From Mastigocoleus sp. (lineage in GTDB: Bacteria; Cyanobacteriota; Cyanobacteriia; Cyanobacteriales; Nostocaceae): a DNA stretch of 64,000 bases. Each line of letters opens with the position of its first letter. Positions within the stretch are counted from its first letter, which is position 1. Made by a program: the position numbers and the translations under genes. The notes below the pieces were generated by a model. It saw only the letters and a list, made by a program, of their open reading frames with translations. It was not told the DNA's origin and made no database searches. Positions 1 through 10,240 of the stretch are shown piece after piece. The stretch spans positions 1 to 64,000 of the forward strand of contig JBHJJE010000084.1 in the NCBI GenBank assembly GCA_050042865.1. The letters run 5' to 3'.

Positions 1-152
1 TCGTCTAGATCCCATGAAGATTTTACCTATTCCTGGGCAGGAACTAGAACTACGGAATAGAACCCCATATCTTCAGTTGTCAAGGTACAGATTGCCCTTG
101 GGCATTTGGGTTTTTATACAGGTTGATTACCGTTCCTGTTAGAGCAATTATA

Positions 153-434
153 TCATTTCATGGCAGGATAAATCCTGCAATCAGCTTTCATCCCTGGACT
201 AAGATTCACAGGGTTTTCAGCATTTTTCTTATAAGAACCGCGATCGCTTGCAGTGGGTGCTACCGTACCATCGCTTTGGGTGACTTGTTCAATAATTCCT
301 GGATCAATTCCGAAGAATGCAGCGACTAAAGCAAGTACAATTGCACCAAGACCACCACCAATTAAGGGAGCAGATACCTTTTTACCACGTCTATCTTCCA
401 CATTGTTACTTCTACGACCAAATTCCCAACGCAT
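153..434 (-). pseudogene. YpfJ-like putative neutral zinc metallopeptidase, N-terminal fragment; degraded (in-frame TGA/TAA/TAG downstream, contains 30-nt repeat element)
   Basis: N-terminus MRWEFGRRSNNVEDRRG...GGGLGAIVLALVAAFFG matches the YpfJ family (E. coli MRWQGRRESDNVEDRR + TM helix). Homology is lost after the inserted element (encodes SDGTVAPTASDR). Continuing the same frame past the stop at 153 shows TTED-like remnants interrupted by stops. Confidence 0.5.
242..271 (+). repeat. 30-nt HIP1-bearing hairpin mini-element, copy 1 (GATCGCTTGCAGTGGGTGCTACCGTACCAT)
   Basis: Near-identical to the reverse complement of 11387..11416 and to 46678..46708. Contains stem GGTGC/GCACC with loop TACC and an HIP1 end; flanked by GC...CGC. 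Confidence 0.8.
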
Positions 435-965
435 AATTATTTACCTAAATTATTTACCTAAATTTTTGTTATTAATTGATTTTTAGTTTTTAGCTTATTC
501 GTTTTTATTACTTAGTCGATAAGTCTTAGACCTATGGCTAATCATGGTTCTTAGCTAGCTATGAATTTAAGTAATTAATAGTATGAGTTATCAAGAGTAG
601 ATTTAAAAGTTAACTTTTGTTGGATTTTTAATTTTCATTAGGGATATGTAATTTTTCTTAAGTAACAGAAATAATAGTATATAAATATACTTGTATACTA
701 TTTCTGAAGATAGGTGACAATTTAGAGTAGAAGTAGTATATTTCAACAAATATTTTGATAAATATAAATAAGTAGTAACCTTTTATTTTCCTTCTAACTC
801 CTTACTTCTAACCCCTTACTCCTTGTCTTCTACCCTGCGTATTTTCTATCCTGCTTTAAAATCAATCAAAATAAATACAAAAATCAGTACTAAAGTTCTA
901 CCACTGACGTAATAACAATAGTATTATTAAGAATTGTCTCTTGCTGCTGTACTCCCCTTGCAAAT

Positions 966-3899
966 ATGTCAGATACCAAGCTAGGTAAATCTTTAAATGA
1001 AAGCCTCCCTTACTCTAACAATGGTAATGGTCGTAAAAAACAAAGCCAGAATAAAATATGTATTCGAGGTGCTAGACAGCATAATTTAAAAGATATTGAC
1101 CTAGAATTACCCCGCGATCGCTTAATCGTTTTTACGGGTGTGTCTGGTTCTGGTAAGTCTTCTTTGGCTTTTGATACTATTTTTGCTGAAGGACAGCGTC
1201 GCTACGTGGAATCTCTGAGCGCTTATGCTCGTCAATTCCTCGGACAGATGAATAAACCGGATGTGGAAGCTATTGAAGGGTTGAGTCCGGCAATTTCTAT
1301 CGACCAAAAATCAACTTCCCATAATCCCCGTTCTACGGTGGGAACGGTTACAGAAATTTACGATTATTTACGATTATTATTTGGTAGAGCTGGAGAACCC
1401 CATTGTCCGATTTGCGGTAAGTCTATTTCGCCTCAAACAGTAGACGAGATGGTAGATAAGGTAATGGAGTTACCAGATAAGACCCGCTTTCAAATTCTTG
1501 CACCAGTAGTACGGGGTCGGAAAGGGACTCACCGCAAATTATTATCTAGCTTGGTGTCTGGTGGTTTTGTCCGGGTCAGAATTAATGGAGAGGTACGAGA
1601 ACTTTCAGATTCGATTGAGTTAGATAAGAAGCAAACTCATACCATAGAAGTTGTCATTGATAGGTTGGTTAAGAAAGATGGAATAGCTGAGCGTTTAGTT
1701 GACTCCTTAACTACCTGCTTGAAACAATCTAATGGGATTGCAGTGATTGATATCGTCCCATCCAAAGATGAAGAAGGCAAACCCAAATCAGATAAATTAA
1801 AAGAAACTCAATTAACCTTCTCAGAAAACTTTGCTTGTCCAGACCACGGTGCAGTAATGGAAGAACTGTCACCTCGTTTATTCTCCTTTAACTCCCCCTA
1901 TGGTGCTTGTAGTAATTGTCATGGTTTAGGAACCCTCAGAAGGTTTGCAGCAGAACTAGTTATACCAGACCCGGAAGCACCAGTTTATGCAGCGATCGCT
2001 CCTTGGTCTGAAAAGGAAAATTCCTATTATTTAGAGCTACTTTATACTCTGGGTCAAGAGTATGGTTTCGAGTTGCAAACCCAATGGGGTAAGTTAACCC
2101 AAGAACAACAGCAAATTATCTTACAGGGTGAAAGCGCAGCAACTACACCTAAAAAGGCAGACAATGGTAAAAGAATATTTCAAGGCGTATTACCAATTTT
2201 ACAGCGTCAGTATGAGGGCGGTACAGAATTAGTCAAGCATAAATTAGAGCAATATTTAATCGACCAATCCTGTCCAGTCTGTCAGGGTAAACGTTTGAAA
2301 CCAGAGGCTTTAGCAGTCAAATTGGGTCAATACGGTATCTTAGATTTGACAGGGGTATCTATTAGGGACTGTCAGCAGAGAATAGATAACTTAGAAATGA
2401 GTCCCCGTCAGATGCAAATCGGTGATTTAGTGCTGCGAGAAATTCGAGCACGGCTACAATTTCTCTTAGATGTCGGATTAGATTATCTTACCCTAGACCG
2501 TCCAGCAATGACCCTTTCCGGAGGAGAAGCACAACGCATTAGACTTGCGACTCAAATTGGTTCTGGTTTAACTGGAGTTTTGTATGTTTTAGATGAACCT
2601 AGTATCGGTTTACACCAGCGAGACAACGGTAGACTGCTACAGACTTTAAATAGATTGCGGGATTTGGGCAATACTTTAATTGTGGTAGAACATGATGAGG
2701 AAACCATTCGTGCTGCCGATTATATAGTTGATATCGGACCCGGTGCAGGAATCCACGGCGGAAATCTGGTCGCTCAAGGCGATTTACAAACCCTTTTAGA
2801 TGCTGAAGAATCCCTTACAGGTGCTTATCTTTCCGGTAGAGAAGCAATTCAAACCCCAGCAAAACGTCGTCCGGGGAACGGAATTAATTTAATTATCAAA
2901 AATGCTCATCGTAATAACCTGAAAAATATTACCGTCGAGATTCCTTTAGGTAAACTTGTTGCGGTGACTGGTGTATCTGGTTCGGGTAAATCTACATTAA
3001 TTAACGAACTGCTTTACCCATCATTGCAGCATCATCTAACTAAACGAGTACCTATGCCCAAAGAGATAGACGGGATACAGGGACTCAAAGCAGTAGATAA
3101 AGCCATAGTAATTGACCAATCTCCCATTGGTAGAACCCCTCGTTCCAATCCTGCCACCTACACGGGGGTATTTGATGCCATACGTCAGGTATTCTCTGAA
3201 ACAATTGAAGCCAAAGCTCGTGGTTATAAACCCGGACAATTTTCCTTCAATGTGAAAGGTGGACGTTGTGAAGCTTGCTCTGGACAGGGAGTAAATGTGA
3301 TTGAAATGAACTTCCTTCCCGACGTTTATGTCCAGTGTGAGGTGTGTAAAGGTGCCAGATATAACCGGGAAACCCTGCAAGTAAAATATAAGGATAAGTC
3401 AATTTCCGACGTTCTGAATATGACAGTAGAGGAAGCTTTAAACTTCTTCCAGAATATTCCCAAAGCCGTTGCGAAACTGCAAACATTAGTAGATGTCGGT
3501 TTGGGTTACGTAAAACTCGGACAACCAGCAACTACCTTATCTGGTGGTGAAGCTCAAAGGGTAAAATTAGCCACAGAATTGTCCCGTAGAGCTACGGGTA
3601 AGACCTTATATTTGATTGACGAACCAACCACCGGTTTATCCTTCTACGACGTACATAAACTATTAGATGTATTGCAAAGACTAGTAGATAAAGGTAACTC
3701 AGTCTTAGTCATCGAGCATAACCTAGACGTAATCCGTTGTGCTGATTGGTTAATAGACCTTGGTCCCGAAGGTGGTGATAAAGGGGGAGAAGTGATTATT
3801 GCGGGTACACCAGAAGAGGTTGCAAAAAATAAAAGGTCTTATACAGGTGAGTATGTAAAGCAGGTATTAAAGCAATATCCAGCAGGGAAAGGGGGGTGA
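966..3899 (+). CDS. uvrA: excinuclease ABC subunit A (UvrA)
   Basis: 977 aa; two ABC ATPase modules (GVSGSGKSSLAFDT, GVSGSGKSTLINE), LSGGE signature motifs, zinc-finger cysteines; UvrA-typical length. Confidence 0.95.
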   Translation: MSDTKLGKSLNESLPYSNNGNGRKKQSQNKICIRGARQHNLKDIDLELPRDRLIVFTGVSGSGKSSLAFDTIFAEGQRRYVESLSAYARQFLGQMNKPDVEAIEGLSPAISIDQKSTSHNPRSTVGTVTEIYDYLRLLFGRAGEPHCPICGKSISPQTVDEMVDKVMELPDKTRFQILAPVVRGRKGTHRKLLSSLVSGGFVRVRINGEVRELSDSIELDKKQTHTIEVVIDRLVKKDGIAERLVDSLTTCLKQSNGIAVIDIVPSKDEEGKPKSDKLKETQLTFSENFACPDHGAVMEELSPRLFSFNSPYGACSNCHGLGTLRRFAAELVIPDPEAPVYAAIAPWSEKENSYYLELLYTLGQEYGFELQTQWGKLTQEQQQIILQGESAATTPKKADNGKRIFQGVLPILQRQYEGGTELVKHKLEQYLIDQSCPVCQGKRLKPEALAVKLGQYGILDLTGVSIRDCQQRIDNLEMSPRQMQIGDLVLREIRARLQFLLDVGLDYLTLDRPAMTLSGGEAQRIRLATQIGSGLTGVLYVLDEPSIGLHQRDNGRLLQTLNRLRDLGNTLIVVEHDEETIRAADYIVDIGPGAGIHGGNLVAQGDLQTLLDAEESLTGAYLSGREAIQTPAKRRPGNGINLIIKNAHRNNLKNITVEIPLGKLVAVTGVSGSGKSTLINELLYPSLQHHLTKRVPMPKEIDGIQGLKAVDKAIVIDQSPIGRTPRSNPATYTGVFDAIRQVFSETIEAKARGYKPGQFSFNVKGGRCEACSGQGVNVIEMNFLPDVYVQCEVCKGARYNRETLQVKYKDKSISDVLNMTVEEALNFFQNIPKAVAKLQTLVDVGLGYVKLGQPATTLSGGEAQRVKLATELSRRATGKTLYLIDEPTTGLSFYDVHKLLDVLQRLVDKGNSVLVIEHNLDVIRCADWLIDLGPEGGDKGGEVIIAGTPEEVAKNKRSYTGEYVKQVLKQYPAGKGG

Positions 3900-4186
3900 T
3901 TAGTTATTGGTGATTCTTAGGAAAGAGACGTTACTGAAAGGTTATTGGAGAGTTGCAATGGTACATGAGTACTCAACTTTAGCGATCGCAATACTTATGA
4001 GATTTATTCTAAGCTTTTTACTTTTCGTTACATTGTTGGTTTTATTGGTGCTGACTTACTTATGTAAATTGGCATTCTCTATGGTAATTTCTAATTATAA
4101 ATACTTCAATAATACCCCATAGTAATCTAAAATTGGACAGCAATCTGTATCTCATCATCTAATGACTAGATTCCCATACGACCAGT

Positions 4187-5077
4187 TTGCCCGCATATTA
4201 TTTTACAGAATTATTACAACCGTTAGGAAAGATAGAAACTAGCAAATCAGTACCAGCAGAAATTAGAGAAATCGACGTTTACTTTGCGCCTTCATCTCAA
4301 GCCAGAACGGATACAGTACAATTGGGATTATTGAGGCGATTAGCTGATAAACCCGCACTTATAGAACCCTTTAGAAATGCGGTGAAAATCTCAGAAATTC
4401 GTAGCTGTATGAATAAGTTGTTTTATATTATTGTGGATATAGAACGTCAAAACAAGCGGGATAATATTTCTACACAAGAGGAAAATTTACCATTATTATG
4501 GATATTATCTCCTACAGCATCTACAACAATATTAAATGGATTTAAAGCTAGTTTAGATCAAGAAAATTGGGGTACAGGTGTTCATTTTCTGGGAGACTAT
4601 CTCAAAACCGTTATTATTGCTATCCATCAGCTACCCCGTACACCAGAAACTTTGTGGTTGAGGCTTTTAGGGAAAGGACGAGTACAACAACAAGCCATAG
4701 AAGAGTTAGAAACGCTTCCTCAAAACAATCTCCTACGGAATAAAGCAATTGATTTATTATTAAATCTAAAGACGCAAATAGAAATTAAACAAAACCCTTC
4801 GGAAGAAGATAGGGAGTTAATTATGAATTTATCGCCAATTTATCTACAAAGATTAGCAGAAGCTGAACAGAAAGGACGCTCAGAAGGAATTCAAGAGGGA
4901 ATTAAAAATGAACGCCGTACTGTGATAGAAAATTTATTAAGAGCAAGATTTGGTGCTTTAGATGACGAGTTAAATGCAATTATTCAACCATTATTAGCAT
5001 TAACTCCAGAAGAATTTTCGACCTTGTTAATACAGTTATCCCGCGAGGAATTAGTTTCAAGATTTAGACAGCAGTAG
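4187..5077 (+). CDS. Rpn-family recombination-promoting nuclease/putative transposase-like protein (DUF2887 N-term, DUF4351 C-term)
   Basis: N-term ...IETSKSVPAEIREIDVYFAP and C-term LSPIYLQRLAEAEQKGRSEGIQEG...FGALDDELNAIIQPLLALTPEEFSTLL match the cyanobacterial DUF4351 family pattern. Confidence 0.55.
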   Translation: MPAYYFTELLQPLGKIETSKSVPAEIREIDVYFAPSSQARTDTVQLGLLRRLADKPALIEPFRNAVKISEIRSCMNKLFYIIVDIERQNKRDNISTQEENLPLLWILSPTASTTILNGFKASLDQENWGTGVHFLGDYLKTVIIAIHQLPRTPETLWLRLLGKGRVQQQAIEELETLPQNNLLRNKAIDLLLNLKTQIEIKQNPSEEDRELIMNLSPIYLQRLAEAEQKGRSEGIQEGIKNERRTVIENLLRARFGALDDELNAIIQPLLALTPEEFSTLLIQLSREELVSRFRQQ

Positions 5078-5186
5078 TATTATAAGATTTAACTTTCTCT
5101 ATTTACTTCAAGAATTTTTATAGTAATGACAGAATAATTTCAGGAATAAAAATATAAAGCGCCCCCATTGGGCGCTACACTATAAA

Positions 5187-5702
5187 CTACTGACCCAAAT
5201 GACGACTAGCCATTTGCATCATATCAGCCATATCAACATCACCATCACCATCTTGATCTAAAAAGCTATTTAAAACAGAATTTCCCCCACCTTGACTACT
5301 AGAACCTGTTTTCAATAGGTTTAATACCATAGGAACAAGCATGGGTAACATACCCTGGACTACACCCAAATCTAAACCAGTGCGTTGAGAGACTTCCTGA
5401 CTTACCTGCTGTTGTTCTGCTCCTGATAATACAGAATCAACCGCTTCAGCATTGGGTGCAGTACCACCAAACTGATTTACTAAAGCTTCTACAGTACCTG
5501 CTCCTTGATTAGCTTGTTTTTGTTGTAGAGAGGAGCGGACAAAGTTACCAACAATACCCATTGCTGATTGCATTGTAGAAGAGTTTGTACCGGTGTTATT
5601 GCTTAACTGCTGTACAGTGTTGAGAATAGTACCAATTTGATCCATGCTACCTTGTGTATTGGGATTAGCAACAGCACCCATAATCTGATCGAAAAGTCCC
5701 AT
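5187..5702 (-). CDS. DUF937 (YidB-like) domain protein
   Basis: MGLFDQIMGAV... N-terminus and Gly/Gln-rich body typical of DUF937. Confidence 0.6.
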   Translation of the reverse strand: MGLFDQIMGAVANPNTQGSMDQIGTILNTVQQLSNNTGTNSSTMQSAMGIVGNFVRSSLQQKQANQGAGTVEALVNQFGGTAPNAEAVDSVLSGAEQQQVSQEVSQRTGLDLGVVQGMLPMLVPMVLNLLKTGSSSQGGGNSVLNSFLDQDGDGDVDMADMMQMASRHLGQ

Positions 5703-5742
5703 ATTTTATTACTCCGTATGTTTTTAAAAACTCTAGATGAGA

Positions 5743-5826
5743 AAATCTAGATGAGAAAACCTAGATGAAAAATTCTCGATGAGAAAATCTAGATAAAAAA
5801 ATCTAGATGAAACCATCAAAAACAGA
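5743..5826. repeat. six tandem copies of a 14-bp unit CTAGATGAGAAAAT
   Basis: Direct read: ctagatgagaaaat/ctagatgagaaaac/ctagatgaaaaatt/ctcgatgagaaaat/ctagataaaaaaat/ctagatgaaacc, immediately upstream of the DUF937 start codon (5702, minus strand). Confidence 0.85.
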
Positions 5827-6312
5827 TTTTCACACGCCTAATATAGCTAAGCTGTGAATGTTAATAATAAATATGGTTTCATCAGACACATATCGCAAGG
5901 AACTTAAGATACATATTTTCATAATCAGAGAAAGGTAACCCCATACTTGTATCTTTTATCTTTTCCGTTTACATTAAAAATTTCCCGCTTTCTTAAATAT
6001 GCGCAACCTGAAAACCTTGTAAAGACCTTCAATTTTTAAATTTAACCTCTCTATATTCTTTACCGGAGAAGTCTATTACAATTATTCAAACAAGTGATCA
6101 TTCAAAGCCAGTAGTTATTCAAAATACAAGTAAAAAAAATCCGATTTCCTTTGGGTTAAATCCCCTATAAATAAACAGCATTGAAGTATTAAAGGATTGG
6201 ATTTGATATTAAAAGTACGGTTTTCACAACCCGAAATCCTTAACCATTTCTTCCATTAATATCAAAAGCATCTAAGCTAAATATATCTGTAAACAATCTT
6301 CCTTTTCCACCC

Positions 6313-7863
6313 ATGCGTCTGTCGCGATTAATTACGCTAATTGTCGGTTTAGTTGTCATATTAGGGATGAGTCTGTGGCTGATTGATTCCCTGAGTCGGT
6401 TATATTGGCAGTTATCTTATTCTCCGTTGTTAGGTAATTTACTTTTAATATTGTTAGTTGTACTGATTGGAGCATTAATTGCTGCTTTTGTGTACTATTT
6501 CCTGATGATGCAGTCTGGAGAAAAACGTTCTTCTGGTTGCAGACGCTCTATTGCATCGATTAAGGTTCCTGAAGTCAAGTCTGATGCTGCTTCCTCTACT
6601 TTGGAAGCTGTCCGCAAACAAGTAGACCAAATTCAAGATGAAGTTGCACGTCAAGCATTATTAAGTAAGTCCCGCGAGATTGAAGCAAATTTGGCGCGGG
6701 GGGAAATTCAAGTGGTAGTATTTGGTACTGGGAGTGCGGGTAAGACTTCTTTGGTAAATGCGGTGATGGGAAGGATGATTGGTAAAGTTAATGCTCCCAT
6801 GGGTACTACCCAGGTCGGAGAAACCTATTGCTTGCGTTTAAAGGGTTTGGAGCGGAAAATTTTAATTACTGATACTCCTGGTATTTTAGAAGCTGGTGTA
6901 GCGGGAACTGAACGGGAAGAGTTAGCGCGTTCTTTGGCAACGGAAGCCGATTTATTATTATTTGTAGTAGATAATGATTTAAGACGCTCTGAGTATGAAC
7001 CTTTAAGAGCTTTAGCTGAAATTGGGAAGCGTTCTTTAGTAGTTCTGAATAAAACTGACTTATATACCGAAGAAGATAAAGAAGTAATATTAGCAAGATT
7101 GCGTCAACGGGTGAAAGGTTTTATTAGTGCAAACGATGTCGTTGCGATCGCTGCAAATCCGCAACCTGTAGAAATTGAGGATGGGGAAGTATTTCAACCG
7201 GATATAGATATATCTATTTTACTACGGAGAATGGCGGCGATTTTGCGAGCCGAGGGAGAAGACTTAGTCGCAGACAACATTTTATTACAATCGATGCGTT
7301 TGGGTGAAGAAGCTCGAAAAATCATTGATACCCAGCGTCGTCGTCAAGCTGATAAAATTGTAGAGCGATTCCAGTGGATTGGTGCGGGTGTGGTTTCTGT
7401 AACCCCTTTACCTGTAGTAGACTTATTAGCGACAGCTGCTGTAAATGCTCAAATGGTCGTAGAAATCGGCAGGATTTACGGTTGCGAACTAAATATGGAA
7501 CGGGGACGAGAATTAGCCCTTTCTCTAGCAAAAACCCTCGCGAGTTTGGGTATAGTCAAAGGAGCGCTACAATTAGTTACTACCGCACTACAGCTAAATA
7601 TTAGTACCTTCGTGATTGGTAAAGCCATTCAAGGTGTCACCGCAGCTTACCTCACCCGAATTGCAGGTAAAAGCTTTATTGAATACTTCCGTCACGACCA
7701 AGACTGGGGAGACGGAGGAATGACAGAAGTTGTCCAAAAACAGTTCCAACTCAATCGCAGAGATGAATTTATCAAAGCTTTCGCAAAAGATGCGATCGCG
7801 CGAGTTGTTAAACCCCTGACTAATAAATCCAAAGTCGCTGAAGAAGAAGTTGATAAGGCTTAA
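6313..7863 (+). CDS. membrane-anchored small GTPase (YcjF/YfjP-like, G-domain with G1 GTGSAGKTS, G3 DTPG, G4 NKTD)
   Basis: Two N-terminal TM helices; G motifs VVVFGTGSAGKTSLVNAV, ITDTPGI, LNKTD; C-terminal DUF697-like region. Confidence 0.7.
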   Translation: MRLSRLITLIVGLVVILGMSLWLIDSLSRLYWQLSYSPLLGNLLLILLVVLIGALIAAFVYYFLMMQSGEKRSSGCRRSIASIKVPEVKSDAASSTLEAVRKQVDQIQDEVARQALLSKSREIEANLARGEIQVVVFGTGSAGKTSLVNAVMGRMIGKVNAPMGTTQVGETYCLRLKGLERKILITDTPGILEAGVAGTEREELARSLATEADLLLFVVDNDLRRSEYEPLRALAEIGKRSLVVLNKTDLYTEEDKEVILARLRQRVKGFISANDVVAIAANPQPVEIEDGEVFQPDIDISILLRRMAAILRAEGEDLVADNILLQSMRLGEEARKIIDTQRRRQADKIVERFQWIGAGVVSVTPLPVVDLLATAAVNAQMVVEIGRIYGCELNMERGRELALSLAKTLASLGIVKGALQLVTTALQLNISTFVIGKAIQGVTAAYLTRIAGKSFIEYFRHDQDWGDGGMTEVVQKQFQLNRRDEFIKAFAKDAIARVVKPLTNKSKVAEEEVDKA

Positions 7864-8135
7864 TATACAAGGGTGTGTGAAGACCTCTGTAAACTATTAC
7901 TCATAATGAAATGATTGATGCTGTCTTTGCACCAAATTAACTTACGCAATTGTCACAATACCCTGCTGGTGCGTGACACTAAAAGCATTATTACTACGTT
8001 AAAAATTAGTCAGTGTACGAGCACTCTTGTATATTAAGAGTTATCCGTTGGTGCGTGACGGTAATATGAATCCCAATCGTTAAAGAGGGAAGATTTTTAG
8101 TGACCGTCACAGCACGCTACAAAAATGTCAATTAT

Positions 8136-9485
8136 TTACACTCCAGAGGATTTGACTAAGGAGGGTAAGAAGTTAACTATCTGGGGGAAGGTGATAATTA
8201 AAACTAAGACCAGGATTTGTAAAATAATGAATGGTATTACCCCACGATAAATATCTGTGGTGGTGACTTCTTCTGGTGCGACCCCCCGGAGGTAAAATAA
8301 TGCAAAGCCGAAGGGAGGTGTAAGAAAGGAGGTTTGCAGGTTTGCTCCTAAAATAACTCCGTACCAAACTAGGTCAATACCTAACTGTTGAGCTACGGGT
8401 GCAAATAGGGGTATGACTATAAAGGCGATTTCAAAAAAGTCGATGAAGAATCCTAAGAGCAGTACTACGCTCATGCTAACGATCAGAAAACCGACTTGAC
8501 CTCCAGGTAAATTACTTAAGATATTCGACATCAACTCATCACCGTTGAGTTTGCGAAATACTAAACTAAAGGCGTTGGAACCTAACAAAATGAATATTAC
8601 CATTGTGGTAATACGCAGGGTTCCATCACATACTTGGAGTAAAGTATTTTTACTGAGTTTACCATTGAAAGCTGCTAAGATAATTGCCCCAAAACAACCA
8701 ACTGCACCTGCTTCTGTGGGGGATGCGAGACCAAAAAAGATACTGCCTAATACTGCAAAAATTAATACTATTGGCGGTATCATAACTTGAATAACTCTTT
8801 TTCTGAGAGCTTTTACACCAATATCTCGGACTTCTGGGGGGAGGGGAGGAGCAAGTTCGGGTTTGAGAAAGGCTGTAATTAGTACGTGTGCAGCGAAAGC
8901 TCCAGCCATTAATAAACCTGGAATTATCGAACCAATGAACAATTTACCTACGTCTATTCCTAACTGGTCTCCAAGTACTACTAAAACTACGCTGGGGGGG
9001 ATAATTTGTCCGAGGGTACCGGATGCTGCAATTACTCCTGTTGCTAAACGTTTGTCATAACCGTAGCGGAGCATGATGGGTAGGGAGATTAAACCCATTG
9101 CGACCACTGTCGCTGCGACTACTCCTGTGGTTGCTGCTAAGAGTGCACCGACAATCACTACAGCTAATGCTAAACCACCGCGCAAACGTCCGAATAAAAT
9201 TCCCATTGTTTCTAGGAGTTTTTCCGCAATGCCGGTTTTTTCTAGCATTCCACCCATGAAAATGAAGTAAGGTATGGCAAGTAGGGTATAATTATCCATG
9301 ACGCTGCCATATATCCGGTTGGGCATGATGCTCCAGAAATCTGGGTCGTAGATAATACCCAATTCGTACCCTAATTCCCCGAATAGCAGTGCGACACCAC
9401 CTAAAGTAAAAGCAACAGGATAACCAAACAGCAACATTCCCAAAGCTACTGCAAACATTACTAAACCCAACCATTCATACTCCAT
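8136..9485 (-). CDS. dctM: TRAP transporter large permease subunit DctM
   Basis: 449 aa polytopic membrane protein, MEYEWLGLVMFAVALGMLLFGYPVAFTLGG start typical of the DctM family. Confidence 0.85.
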   Translation of the reverse strand: MEYEWLGLVMFAVALGMLLFGYPVAFTLGGVALLFGELGYELGIIYDPDFWSIMPNRIYGSVMDNYTLLAIPYFIFMGGMLEKTGIAEKLLETMGILFGRLRGGLALAVVIVGALLAATTGVVAATVVAMGLISLPIMLRYGYDKRLATGVIAASGTLGQIIPPSVVLVVLGDQLGIDVGKLFIGSIIPGLLMAGAFAAHVLITAFLKPELAPPLPPEVRDIGVKALRKRVIQVMIPPIVLIFAVLGSIFFGLASPTEAGAVGCFGAIILAAFNGKLSKNTLLQVCDGTLRITTMVIFILLGSNAFSLVFRKLNGDELMSNILSNLPGGQVGFLIVSMSVVLLLGFFIDFFEIAFIVIPLFAPVAQQLGIDLVWYGVILGANLQTSFLTPPFGFALFYLRGVAPEEVTTTDIYRGVIPFIILQILVLVLIITFPQIVNFLPSLVKSSGV

Positions 9486-10092
9486 TATCTTCCTCCTGGT
9501 TTGGTTCTTGATTTAGTTGTGAGTTTGCTTGTTGTGAGTTTGATTGTGGGTTTCGTTCCGGGTTTGGTGGTTCTAATCTACCTGTAACAATAGCTAAATT
9601 TTTAATTGCTTCGGAGATTCCCTGAATAAATAAGATTGCAAAACCAATAATAATAAAACTTTTAATAGGATATCTGGGTAAACCATCAGGACTAGGTGAT
9701 ATTTCTTGTTGAATCCAAGAATTTGCTACGTAGTCCCAAGAATAATCGATTATTAATATACAAAAGGGAATTAGAAAAAATATTGTTCCTAACAAATTTA
9801 TTAAAGCTTTTCGCTGAGGATTTTGCTTACTATAAAAAATATCAACTCGCACATGTTCGTTATGTTTGAGGACGTAAGCTGCACCCAAAAAGAAAAATAT
9901 ATCAAAAATATACCATTGGGCTTCTATGTAAACATTAGAAGCAATGTTACGTCCAATGATTTTTCCTATATATCCCAAGAAAACATTCCCCACTCCAATA
10001 ACTACCATCACTAATACTAAAGCGCTAGTTATTTTACCAAGGCGATCGCTTAAATTGTCAATAAATCTAGATATTTTCAGTAGAATGTTCAA
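9475..10092 (-). CDS. dctQ: TRAP transporter small permease subunit DctQ (with Q/N-rich C-terminal tail)
   Basis: ~4 TM helices, overlaps the dctM start by 11 nt (translational coupling), DctQ-like N-terminus. Confidence 0.75.
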   Translation of the reverse strand: MNILLKISRFIDNLSDRLGKITSALVLVMVVIGVGNVFLGYIGKIIGRNIASNVYIEAQWYIFDIFFFLGAAYVLKHNEHVRVDIFYSKQNPQRKALINLLGTIFFLIPFCILIIDYSWDYVANSWIQQEISPSPDGLPRYPIKSFIIIGFAILFIQGISEAIKNLAIVTGRLEPPNPERNPQSNSQQANSQLNQEPNQEEDNGV

Positions 10093-10104
10093 TGCTCCCC
10101 CTTT

Positions 10105-10160
10105 TCCCTAAGTTGGTTATCCTAAGTCAATGTTCCTAAGTCAATGTTCTTAAGTTTATT
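10105..10160. promoter_or_regulatory. direct repeats (CCTAAGTCAATGTT x2 plus partial copies) in the dctQM upstream region
   Basis: Direct read at 10105-10160, 13-70 bp upstream of the dctQ start. Confidence 0.4.
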
Positions 10161-10240
10161 TTTATAAGGCTTTTAAGCTATTTTTAATTCTTACTAACCC
10201 TTACGAAGTATTCTTAACCCTTTCTAATTTTTTGTATAAA

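Noticed and set aside
1122-3531. Minus-strand ORFs (61-114 aa) inside uvrA
   Set aside because: They are antisense within a confidently identified 977-aa gene, with no motifs.
5743-5826. Possible CRISPR array (regular short repeats)
   Set aside because: Units are 14 bp and directly abutting with no spacers, and no cas genes are present. The same reasoning applies to the heptamer array at 29024..29103.
8545-9270. Three about 65-80-aa plus-strand ORFs inside dctM
   Set aside because: They are antisense to a well-supported membrane-protein gene. Their Pro/Ala/Thr-rich translations are typical of the reverse frame of hydrophobic genes.
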